NCBI GenBank assembly: GCA_963674595.2
Contig: CAXXFV010000006.1
Span: 224,001-288,000, forward strand
Origin: a bacterium
GTDB taxonomy: Bacteria > Zhuqueibacterota > Zhuqueibacteria > Residuimicrobiales > Krinioviventaceae
Direction: 5' to 3'
DNA: 64,000 nt
Shown here: positions 41,420-49,981 of the stretch, piece after piece
How the letters are laid out: every line of letters begins with the position of its first letter
Position numbering within the stretch: the first letter of the stretch is position 1
Made by a program: the position numbers and the translations under genes
The notes under the pieces: model-generated
What the model saw: only the letters and a program-made list of their open reading frames with translations
What the model was told of the DNA's origin: nothing
Databases searched by the model: none

Positions 41420-42253
41420 ATGCACAAGTTACAAAAAACAGTAGAAAATTTATTTTCATCATCTTCTGTAGATAAACAAGAGTTTCAGGCTTTTTTTCAA
41501 GAGTTTTTAAATGAACTGAATTACGGGCATATCCGTGCGGCAGAACCCTGCGGAGATGGCTGGAAAGCCAATGAATGGGTTAAAAAAGGTATTTTATTGG
41601 GATTTCGACACGGCGAATTTCGGGACTATTCTTTAAGCAGTTCATTTCGCTATTTTGATAAACATACCTATCCGCTGAAACCGGTTGAAATTTCCGACAA
41701 TATACGAATTGTACCGGGTGGAACAAGCATCCGGACCGGGTGTTATGTTGCTTCCGGTGTTGTTATTATGCCGCCTGCCTATATTAATACCGGTGCCTAT
41801 GTAGACCAGGGAACTATGGTTGATTCCCATGCTTTGGTTGGTTCCTGTGCTCAAATTGGTAAACATGTTCATCTGAGTGCAGCCGCGCAAATCGGTGGTG
41901 TATTGGAGCCGATCGGTGCTGTTCCTGTTGTTATTGAAGATGATGTGCTTGTCGGTGGGAATTGCGGTATTTATGAAGGAACCGTTGTAAAAAAAGGCGC
42001 TGTAATTGGCGCCGGCACAATTTTAACAGGTTCAATGCCTGTGTATGATTTGGTAAATAAAACAGTTATCAGGAAAACATCGGATAAACCTTTAACAATT
42101 CCGGAAAATGCTGTTGTTATTCCGGGGTCCAGACCGATTAATAATTCAGATTTTGCCAAAGAAAATAATTTACAAATGAATTGTGCCTTGATCATTAAAT
42201 ACAGAGACTCAAAGACCGACGCTTCCACAGCGCTTGAAGACGCTTTAAGATAA
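41420..42253 (+). CDS. dapD: 2,3,4,5-tetrahydropyridine-2,6-dicarboxylate N-succinyltransferase
   Basis: [31 protein letters not shown], hexapeptide repeats. Confidence 0.95.
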   Translation: MHKLQKTVENLFSSSSVDKQEFQAFFQEFLNELNYGHIRAAEPCGDGWKANEWVKKGILLGFRHGEFRDYSLSSSFRYFDKHTYPLKPVEISDNIRIVPGGTSIRTGCYVASGVVIMPPAYINTGAYVDQGTMVDSHALVGSCAQIGKHVHLSAAAQIGGVLEPIGAVPVVIEDDVLVGGNCGIYEGTVVKKGAVIGAGTILTGSMPVYDLVNKTVIRKTSDKPLTIPENAVVIPGSRPINNSDFAKENNLQMNCALIIKYRDSKTDASTALEDALR

Positions 42254-42270
42254 AATATCTTATATTTTGC

Positions 42271-42305
42271 AAAAGGACATTTGAATCATCAGATGTCCTT
42301 TTTTT
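42271..42305 (+). terminator. Intrinsic terminator of the lysine operon
   Basis: AAAAGGACATTTGA-atca-TCAGATGTCCTTTTTTT. Confidence 0.85.
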
Positions 42306-42327
42306 GTTTATATCGGTTAAATAGTAA

Positions 42328-42356
42328 TTGACACCTTGTAAAGTTTTAGCTATATT
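42328..42356 (+). promoter_or_regulatory. Sigma70-type promoter for the CPBP-GNAT-ATP-grasp operon
   Basis: TTGACA-17 nt-TATATT. Confidence 0.7.
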
Positions 42357-42502
42357 TACCTTATTTATGACATGATTTATTTTGAATTTAATGAATTGAA
42401 GAAATATTAATTGTATTCAATAACATTTCAAAATCCACATCATTTATACATTACCAAAAACAATCCAATTTTATAAAATAACCTATGAGAACAGGCATTT
42501 AA

Positions 42503-43558
42503 ATGTTAATCAAAGAACATCAACGTCAGCCCCTGAAAAGAGACCTTAAAATCGGTTTATTTTTGTTGGGTGTGCTTGCACTCTTTTTTGGTAATTATAT
42601 CATTTCCGTGCCAATAAGTGCATTTGCGGCAATTATCAGTATTATTTTTTTCATCCTTTTTTCTTCTCTATATCTCTTACAGGGAAACCCGACTTTAAGC
42701 AAAGTTTTACAGCTTGAATTTGAAATGCTGCCAAGCCGGACCTGGGGCATACCCATCGGATTATGGCTGCTGACCATGGTTTATGCCCTGTTTACAAAGC
42801 AGTTAAGCGTTTATAATGTATGTGCCGGGCTTGTTTATTGTGTTGTACCTTTTTTGCTTATAAAACCTTTATTGCAAAAAGAGCCAAAACTTTTAGCGGC
42901 GGACGTATTTTTATTATTGTTTTTATGGCTGCCTATAGAATTTGGTTGGATACCCAATATTTCAATTCCCCCTGTTCAAGGCCAGGTAGCGATTTATAAA
43001 TTCATCGGCATTATAATTATTGTTTTTTTATATGCTTCTGTTCGCAAAATCCCGATTGGGTTCACATATCGGTTAAAGGGACAGGACTGGTGGTTGTCAA
43101 TACAAAATTTGCTGATGTTTTTACCTTTTGCGCTGGTAATTGGTTTTTTAACCGGCTTTATCGCCCTGTCACACCGAATGCCGGCCGGTTCGGAATTATT
43201 ATCCAGTTTTATTGCTATTTTTGTTTTTATTGCATTACCGGAAGAACTGTTGTTTCGTGGTGTGATACAGAATTTAATTGTAAAAAGAATGGCTCACGTT
43301 AAAAACGGTCAGATGAAAGCACTGATAATTTCATCTGTTATTTTTGGTCTTGCACATGCCAATAATCCCAGTGCACCATTTTTATCAATATCATTTTTTA
43401 ATTTTGGCACGTGGCAGGTTCCCTGGGTCTATGTTATTCTGGCGTCCATTGCCGGATTTTTCTATGGATGGACGTTTATAAAAACAGGTAAAATAACAGC
43501 CGCCGCATTGGTGCATCTTTATGTAGACTGGATTTGGAGTAATTTTTTAAGCGGATAA
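42503..43558 (+). CDS. CPBP (Abi/CAAX) intramembrane glutamic protease
   Basis: PEELLFRG, IFGLAH, LVH motifs; multi-TM. Confidence 0.92.
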   Translation: MLIKEHQRQPLKRDLKIGLFLLGVLALFFGNYIISVPISAFAAIISIIFFILFSSLYLLQGNPTLSKVLQLEFEMLPSRTWGIPIGLWLLTMVYALFTKQLSVYNVCAGLVYCVVPFLLIKPLLQKEPKLLAADVFLLLFLWLPIEFGWIPNISIPPVQGQVAIYKFIGIIIIVFLYASVRKIPIGFTYRLKGQDWWLSIQNLLMFLPFALVIGFLTGFIALSHRMPAGSELLSSFIAIFVFIALPEELLFRGVIQNLIVKRMAHVKNGQMKALIISSVIFGLAHANNPSAPFLSISFFNFGTWQVPWVYVILASIAGFFYGWTFIKTGKITAAALVHLYVDWIWSNFLSG

Positions 43559-43560
43559 CT

Positions 43561-44169
43561 ATGAGAGAAACGAAATTAAATTTGGATGATATTTCACCCA
43601 AAATCATAGGTCAAAAGGTGTTACTGGGTCCGTTTCGTTCAGAACTGGCGGACACTTACCGACGTTGGCTGCACGATCTGGAAACGAGTGTAAATTTACA
43701 CCCGAATATATTATTAACTTTTGAAGACGAGCAGGAGTGGTTAAGGTCTTTTGCAAAACAAGGCAATATCGGTTTTACAATTTATGAAAAGAAAACCGGT
43801 ACACCTATAGGCTCAACAGGTCTTCATTTTAATGAGGGTGTCAACTATACGGCCGAATTCGGAATTTTAATTGGTGAAAAGTCTTTTCAGGAGAAAGGGC
43901 TGGGAACTGAGGCAACCGCATTGACTGTTGATTATGGCTTTAATATTTTAAATTTATCGAGTATTAGTTTAAAAGTCCATGAGTTCAATAAAAGAGGTTT
44001 TCATGTTTATGAAAAAGTCGGGTTCCGAACCGTTGGAATCAGACGAAATTCTTTTTATCTGGCAGGAAAGTTTTATAATGATATTTTAATGGACATTTTG
44101 CCTCAGGATTTGAATTCAGGATTTTTCAAAAATTTTGTTCACAATATAACCCAAGAGAATACAAAATAA
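43561..44169 (+). CDS. GNAT acetyltransferase (RimJ/RimL/SpeG-like)
   Basis: AEFGILIG, QEKGLGTEA, YEKVGF. Confidence 0.9.
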   Translation: MRETKLNLDDISPKIIGQKVLLGPFRSELADTYRRWLHDLETSVNLHPNILLTFEDEQEWLRSFAKQGNIGFTIYEKKTGTPIGSTGLHFNEGVNYTAEFGILIGEKSFQEKGLGTEATALTVDYGFNILNLSSISLKVHEFNKRGFHVYEKVGFRTVGIRRNSFYLAGKFYNDILMDILPQDLNSGFFKNFVHNITQENTK

Positions 44170-44190
44170 AGAAGAACCAGGAAAACAGAA

Positions 44191-45465
44191 ATGACAAAAT
44201 TTTTTAGCGGCAAAAAAAACAGAATAATGGTATTTGGTATTGGATCATTTGCACATGCAGCAATGGAAGTATTAGCCGCTGAAGGTGCTGAAGTAAGTTG
44301 TTATCTTACTCGTGATTACGGCCACTTTGGACCCAATCAGGTAGGAGAAACCTATTCATTTATAGATTACCCCAATCCATGTGCTCTTTTAAAAAAGAAA
44401 AAGATAAACCTGGTTGTGCCCATGTCAATTGACTGGCATTATCAGGACTGGACAACAGAATTTCTGCAGCTCGGAATTCCAATATTATCACCCATTCGTG
44501 AAGCAATGTTAATTGAACGTGACCGGGATTTTGCACACAAGCTGTGCAAAAAGTATGGAATACCGTTTCCAATCTCTTATGTGGCCAAAAACCGACCGGA
44601 CGCATTGGAATTTTTGGAAAAACATCCAAAACCCTATGTTATAAAAAACCCTCTATGTTCACCAAGCAGCCCTGTTCATACAATCGTCTGCGAAAATGTA
44701 GCTGACACAAAAAGCTGGCTTTCTAATGTTGATTATGCTGAAGGTGTTTTTTTACAGGAATATTTGGGACGACGCGAAGTTGGTCACATTGCCTTTATAG
44801 CAAATGGTGAGATCATCCCCATGGTGACCAACCAGGAATATAAACGTGCTTTTGACGGCAATATGGGACCGGTTGCCGGAGCTCCATTAGGTGGCCTTAT
44901 TGAAGCAGATCTTGATGATAAATACGGTTTGGTTGAAGATTTAATAAAACCTTTACAACCCTGGTTTCAAAAAACCAATTTTTATGGCCCAATTCAGGTA
45001 ACGGCTGTTCAGCGTGACCGGAAATGGTATGTTATTGAGTATAATGTCCGTACAGGTGTGACAACAGGGCCGGCATTATGGCGAATGCTGGAAAATCCTG
45101 CCCAGGTTATAATGGATGTTGCGAATAATAAAAAACCTCAGTTAAAATTTAAAAAGAATATGGAATGTGCCTGTACGTTGACATTGGCAGGTTGGGGCTA
45201 TCCTTATACCCGGGTTGTCGGTCCATATTTGACTGTTCAGCTTCAGGAAAAACCGACATGTGATATTTGGTGGAATGAAGTTAAAGGTGAATCATTGTCC
45301 CGGCTGTTCATGTCTGGGCACCGTATTGCAGATATAATTGCGCACGGGCCGACCATGGATGAGGCTATTACCAGGGCTTATGAAAATATTAAAAAGATAT
45401 ATTGTTTAGCAAGTTACTATCGCCTGGATGTGGGGCAAAGCCTGTGGCCTCCGGGGAATGATTAA
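44191..45465 (+). CDS. PurD-like ATP-grasp amide ligase with divergent substrate motifs
   Basis: GARS-like architecture (ERDRDF, YVIK, QEYKRAFDGNMGP, EYNVR, YYRLDVG); lacks GGREH, KADGLAAGKGV and FGDPE. Confidence 0.85.
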   Translation: MTKFFSGKKNRIMVFGIGSFAHAAMEVLAAEGAEVSCYLTRDYGHFGPNQVGETYSFIDYPNPCALLKKKKINLVVPMSIDWHYQDWTTEFLQLGIPILSPIREAMLIERDRDFAHKLCKKYGIPFPISYVAKNRPDALEFLEKHPKPYVIKNPLCSPSSPVHTIVCENVADTKSWLSNVDYAEGVFLQEYLGRREVGHIAFIANGEIIPMVTNQEYKRAFDGNMGPVAGAPLGGLIEADLDDKYGLVEDLIKPLQPWFQKTNFYGPIQVTAVQRDRKWYVIEYNVRTGVTTGPALWRMLENPAQVIMDVANNKKPQLKFKKNMECACTLTLAGWGYPYTRVVGPYLTVQLQEKPTCDIWWNEVKGESLSRLFMSGHRIADIIAHGPTMDEAITRAYENIKKIYCLASYYRLDVGQSLWPPGND

Positions 45466-45500
45466 TTTTATTATTGCGAATACAAACCGGATATATTTTA

Positions 45501-46280
45501 ATGAATCTGTTTTTTTCAGAATACAAGTCGGATTACTCTAATTATATTTTCCCTTATGTTATTTGGGGGACCCCTGAATCGCACGAAACACCGGCTGATA
45601 TTTTTAATAAAGGTTTTTTACCCAATTCCAAAAATCTTGACCGTTTTTATCTTTGCAGAAATGTCCGTGTCGACCTGGAACGATTTTTACCGTCTTCTGA
45701 AAATCGTCGTGTTCTGCGAAAAGGAAGCATATTTGAAACCAAGCTTTATAAGCGCAGTGATTTCGATTTTAATGACAAATGGTTATCCTTTTGTCTGGAT
45801 TATGCCGATACCAAATTTGGTAACGGAGTGATGAGCCGGGACAGAATTTTAAGTCTTGTTAATTCACCTATTGTCTCTCATTTGCTTTTGTTTAAACATC
45901 GCGAAACAGAGGAGGATGTAGGACTTGTTTTTTTATTCCTGGACTCGTCCAGAATAGCGTTTTATTACTATTCTTTTTATAACCTGGATTTTTTTAAACA
46001 AAATCTTGGTATGTACATGATGACGTCGGCTGTAAGTTTTTTTAAAGAGTTGGGCTATGATTATATTTATCTCGGCTCATGTTACAGTCGTAATGCTTTA
46101 TATAAAACGCAATTTAACAGTTTTCAGTTTTTTAATGGCTTCAAGTGGTCTGAAAATATTGATGAACTCAAGTTTTTAATCGACCGTGATAATGGAAATG
46201 TTGATAAACATTTATTTGAGAATGATATATATTTACAAAACTTTTATCCTGACGGAACAAGTTTTATCAAAAAATCTTAA
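45501..46280 (+). CDS. ATE/Bpt-like aminoacyl-tRNA-dependent transferase
   Basis: RVDLERFLPSSENRRVLRK and C-terminal YYYSFY...LGMYMM...GYDYIYLG...LYK match the arginyl-tRNA-protein transferase pattern; start 45501 or TTG 45474. Confidence 0.75.
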   Translation: MNLFFSEYKSDYSNYIFPYVIWGTPESHETPADIFNKGFLPNSKNLDRFYLCRNVRVDLERFLPSSENRRVLRKGSIFETKLYKRSDFDFNDKWLSFCLDYADTKFGNGVMSRDRILSLVNSPIVSHLLLFKHRETEEDVGLVFLFLDSSRIAFYYYSFYNLDFFKQNLGMYMMTSAVSFFKELGYDYIYLGSCYSRNALYKTQFNSFQFFNGFKWSENIDELKFLIDRDNGNVDKHLFENDIYLQNFYPDGTSFIKKS

Positions 46281-46300
46281 TCAAAACATCGGAGTAAAGC

Positions 46301-47833
46301 ATGGCGCTATCTGGTATTGATTTTGTTATTGTGTTATTGTATCTCGGCGGAATTATCGCAATGGGGTTTGGGTTCCGCAAGTACGTTAATTCATCAGAAG
46401 ACTTTTTCCTAGCCGGTAAAATGCTGCCGTTCTGGGCAATCGGTATGTCGATTGTCGTATCAGATATTGGAGCTGTTGATTTTGTCGGTTTAACAGGTCA
46501 GGCATACAGGTATGGTATTGTTGTCGGCAATTTTGACTGGATAGGCTCTGTTCCGGCAATGATATTGGCAGCATTGGTATTTATTCCCTATTACTGGCGT
46601 GCCGGTGTATTTACCATACCGGAATATTTGGGAAGGCGTTACAATACCGGCGTTCGTACGATTCATGCCCTTGTTTGGCTTGTTTTTATGGCATTTGGAT
46701 TAGGTATCATGCTTTGGGCTACCGGTGTTTTATTAAGTGAGTTAATGGGCTGGCCTATTATGATTTCAATTATTATTACGGCCATTATTGTAGGGCTTTA
46801 TACAGTAATTGGCGGCTTGTCAGCCGTGGTTATGACGGATGTTGTTCAGCTTATTGTCATGTTTGTTGGTGGTATAGCTATTTTAGCCCTTGGTATGTGG
46901 GAACTTGGCGGGTGGAGTGGAATGGTTGATAAAATAACCTCTTATGGTCCTGAATTTTCCGACCACTTTAATCTGATCATTTCACCAAAAGCTAACACGC
47001 CTTATCCCTGGACCGGTATACTTTTTGGCTTGGCTATTGTGCTGGCCCCTGCTTACTTTATTGCCAATCAAACTATTGTTCAACGTTCTCTCGGCGCTAT
47101 TGACGAATGGAATGCAAAAGCGAGTGTTTTATTTGGCGCTTTTTTGAAAATGTTTATACCTGTTCTTTTCGTTTTTCCAGGCCTTATTGCTTTGGGATTG
47201 TTTCCCGGTATTGCAGACGGAGACCGGGCTTTTCCTGTCATGATAAAAGAACTGCTGCCGCCCGGTATGACAGGGCTGGTATTTGCCGCTTTTTTTGCCG
47301 GATTAATGTCCAGTGTTGACTCTACTGTAAATTCTGCCGCAACAATATGGACAAAAGATATTTACGAAAAGTTTATGAAAAAAGATGCGGATGATCGTCA
47401 TTATCTTATTGTAGGACGTATATTTACAGTTGTGCTTTTACTTTTTGCGATTATTACTGCTCCGATCAGTGAAAAATTTCCGGGTATCTATGTATATGTC
47501 CAGACACTTTTATCATTTTTTCAGGGACCTACATTAGGTATACTTGTACTCGGAATGTTTTGGTCACGCATGACCCAATGGGGCGGACTCGTTGGGTTAA
47601 TTGGCGGTATGTGCGTTTCGGCTTTACTTTATGTTTTTAAATCAACTTTGTTTACAATTGATGATCCGTTTCTTTATATATCCTGGTGGAGTTTTCTGGC
47701 TTCATTAATATTAGGCACAGTCACCAGTCTGACAACCAGGCCGGAACCGATTGAAAAACTGCGGGGACTGGTTTATGGTATGGTTGTTAAAGATGACGAA
47801 TTTCAAAATGTTCTTGAAAATCGTTTAAATTAG
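46301..47833 (+). CDS. Sodium:solute symporter (SSS/SLC5)
   Basis: DFFLAG, TIPEYLGRRY, GGLSAVVMTD, NQTIVQR, GLMSSVDS. Confidence 0.95.
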   Translation: MALSGIDFVIVLLYLGGIIAMGFGFRKYVNSSEDFFLAGKMLPFWAIGMSIVVSDIGAVDFVGLTGQAYRYGIVVGNFDWIGSVPAMILAALVFIPYYWRAGVFTIPEYLGRRYNTGVRTIHALVWLVFMAFGLGIMLWATGVLLSELMGWPIMISIIITAIIVGLYTVIGGLSAVVMTDVVQLIVMFVGGIAILALGMWELGGWSGMVDKITSYGPEFSDHFNLIISPKANTPYPWTGILFGLAIVLAPAYFIANQTIVQRSLGAIDEWNAKASVLFGAFLKMFIPVLFVFPGLIALGLFPGIADGDRAFPVMIKELLPPGMTGLVFAAFFAGLMSSVDSTVNSAATIWTKDIYEKFMKKDADDRHYLIVGRIFTVVLLLFAIITAPISEKFPGIYVYVQTLLSFFQGPTLGILVLGMFWSRMTQWGGLVGLIGGMCVSALLYVFKSTLFTIDDPFLYISWWSFLASLILGTVTSLTTRPEPIEKLRGLVYGMVVKDDEFQNVLENRLN

Positions 47834-47845
47834 GAGGATTTATAA

Positions 47846-48055
47846 ATGTTTAATTTTAATTGGATTGCAGATTTATCTGAAGGCTGGGCACGTTTTTTAG
47901 TCGTTATGGCATTTATATTACCCTTAATTTTTGCATTGACCCTGCCCAGGAAATATATTTATAAAGGTTCTCAAGATATTGTTCTTTGGAAAAATTTGAA
48001 AATTTGGGTTTTTGTTATTGTTGCCGTTCAGGTTGCTATTTATATTTACTTTTAA
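47846..48055 (+). CDS. Small 2-TM protein, probable SSS accessory subunit
   Basis: RBS AGGAGG; two hydrophobic helices; directly follows the SSS gene. Confidence 0.75.
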   Translation: MFNFNWIADLSEGWARFLVVMAFILPLIFALTLPRKYIYKGSQDIVLWKNLKIWVFVIVAVQVAIYIYF

Positions 48056-48071
48056 AGAGGAGACTCTTGTT

Positions 48072-48269
48072 GTGAATAAACAAAGTCAAGCACAAATCAA
48101 CAAAATGATAGGTTCCTTTTTAGCTGTTTTTGGGATTGCTGTTATAATAGCCATTTTTTTTACAACGACATTTCATGGTCGCATTGTTAATCTGGCAGCC
48201 GGATTACTGTTATTGCTTTGTGGCGGATTTGCGCTTTTCATGTCATATAGGGCTGGGAAAAAGGAATGA
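48072..48269 (+). CDS. Small 2-TM membrane protein
   Basis: GTG start with GAGGAG upstream; ATGA overlap with the next gene. Confidence 0.65.
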   Translation: MNKQSQAQINKMIGSFLAVFGIAVIIAIFFTTTFHGRIVNLAAGLLLLLCGGFALFMSYRAGKKE

Positions 48270-48805
48270 AAAAAATTGTTGAACCAAAGATTGAACAGGA
48301 AGAAGCTAAAGAACGATTAGCTAAAAATTTGCGTCCATTGGGACGCAAAAGAGATATTATAAAATCTGAAATGATTTATTTACCATCATACGTATTTAAT
48401 GTATCTGTTGAAACAGCACGTTCAAACAAGCGTGAAATCGTCATTTGTCTCGATGCTATTTTGGGTGAGTTTGCTTTTTTTAATGATTTGCCGTTGCATG
48501 ATTTGGAGGAGATTAATTTTAAAACCATTGATTTTTTAATCCAGCCATCTGAAGCAACAGATAAGGGAAAAGAACATATTCGTCGGTTTTTGTTACAACA
48601 AAGTTTAAAACAAAAATATCGCGCTGAACTTCAGAATATTAATTTGGATAATGAAATTTATTATCCGTTTTGGATTGGATATTTTTATCGTAAAGGTGCT
48701 TTGGACTTTGATGTTATTGATGGTGTAAGTGGCGAAAAACAGGGGGTAACGATGCGGCCTGTCTTTATAAAATTTTTAATGGAGTTAAATAACAAAGATC
48801 AGTAG
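48266..48805 (+). CDS. Hypothetical protein with an internal duplication
   Basis: IYLPSY...DAILGE and IYYPFW...DGVSGE repeats. Confidence 0.75.
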   Translation: MKKIVEPKIEQEEAKERLAKNLRPLGRKRDIIKSEMIYLPSYVFNVSVETARSNKREIVICLDAILGEFAFFNDLPLHDLEEINFKTIDFLIQPSEATDKGKEHIRRFLLQQSLKQKYRAELQNINLDNEIYYPFWIGYFYRKGALDFDVIDGVSGEKQGVTMRPVFIKFLMELNNKDQ

Positions 48806-48907
48806 ATACTTTTTTTTATTGGGATTTTAAATTGTTGTTATTTTATAATAAATTTTATTATATTTCAACTTTTGTATAAATCCATACTTAATGAAAGAGG
48901 TATCAAA

Positions 48908-49936
48908 ATGTATCAGACTCCACGTGAAATAGTAAAAGCAAGTTTAACCTTTGCTACCCCTCAACGCATGCCTCGTGATTTATGGGTCTTGCCTTGGGCT
49001 GACGAATATCATCCTTCAGTTGTAAAATCGTTAAAAGACCTGTACCCACCTGACTTTGTTACCGTAGAAAGTGTCTATCGCCCTTCTCCAAGAATAAAGG
49101 GAGAAAAGTATGATGTAGGATATAGCACAGATGAATGGGGTTGTGTCTTTAAAAATATACAAAAGGGAGTTCATGGTGAGATTGAAAATCCAATAGTGTC
49201 GGACATAAAAAATTGGCAATCTGTTCAACCTCCCTATGAAATATTGCCGGAAGATAAGATAAAAGCTGCAGAAAAAGTAAATCATTTTTGTGAAAAAACA
49301 GATAAATTTGTTTTTGCGGACTGTTGTCCCAGGCCCTGGGAGCGTCTGCAATTTTTACGCGGAACAGAAAATGCCATGATGGATGTTATGGTTCCCGATG
49401 AGGGTGGAGCCGACTTGATCAAGTTGGTGCATGATTTCTATATGAAGGAATTGGAATTTTGGGTTAAAACAGATGTTGATGCCATTATGTTCATGGATGA
49501 CTGGGGTACCCAAACTCAGCTTCTGATTCCACCAAGAATTTGGCGAGAGCTTTTTAAGCCATTGTATAAAGAATACTGTGATATTGCCCATGCAAACGGA
49601 AAATTTGCATTTATGCATTCTGATGGTAATATTCAGGAAATATATACCGATCTTGTTCAGGTTGGCGTTGATGCTGTCAACTCTCAGCTTTTTTGTATGG
49701 ATATGGAATATTTGGAACAGAACGTAAAAGGACAAATAACATTTTGGGGTGAAATCGACCGTCAGCATGTTCTTAATTCTAAAAATCCACAGGATGCACG
49801 AGATGCTGTTAAAAAAGTTGCCAAACATTTATATGATCCCAAAGGCGGGGTTATAGCACAATTTGAATTTGGACCGGGTGCTGAACCGGAAAATACCTTT
49901 GCTATTTTTGACGAATGGGACCACATTACATCATGA
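48908..49936 (+). CDS. Uroporphyrinogen decarboxylase/MtaA-CmuA (UROD/MetE-like) family protein
   Basis: ATG 48908 with upstream GAGG; DEWG, LRGTEN, DDWGTQ, HSDG, FWGEIDRQ. Confidence 0.88.
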   Translation: MYQTPREIVKASLTFATPQRMPRDLWVLPWADEYHPSVVKSLKDLYPPDFVTVESVYRPSPRIKGEKYDVGYSTDEWGCVFKNIQKGVHGEIENPIVSDIKNWQSVQPPYEILPEDKIKAAEKVNHFCEKTDKFVFADCCPRPWERLQFLRGTENAMMDVMVPDEGGADLIKLVHDFYMKELEFWVKTDVDAIMFMDDWGTQTQLLIPPRIWRELFKPLYKEYCDIAHANGKFAFMHSDGNIQEIYTDLVQVGVDAVNSQLFCMDMEYLEQNVKGQITFWGEIDRQHVLNSKNPQDARDAVKKVAKHLYDPKGGVIAQFEFGPGAEPENTFAIFDEWDHITS

Positions 49937-49981
49937 TAAATTGATTATATATTATAAAATATTTTGAAAGGACATTCTCAT

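Noticed and set aside
44191-45465. Annotation as canonical purD
   Set aside because: Key substrate motifs are missing and there is no purine-gene context
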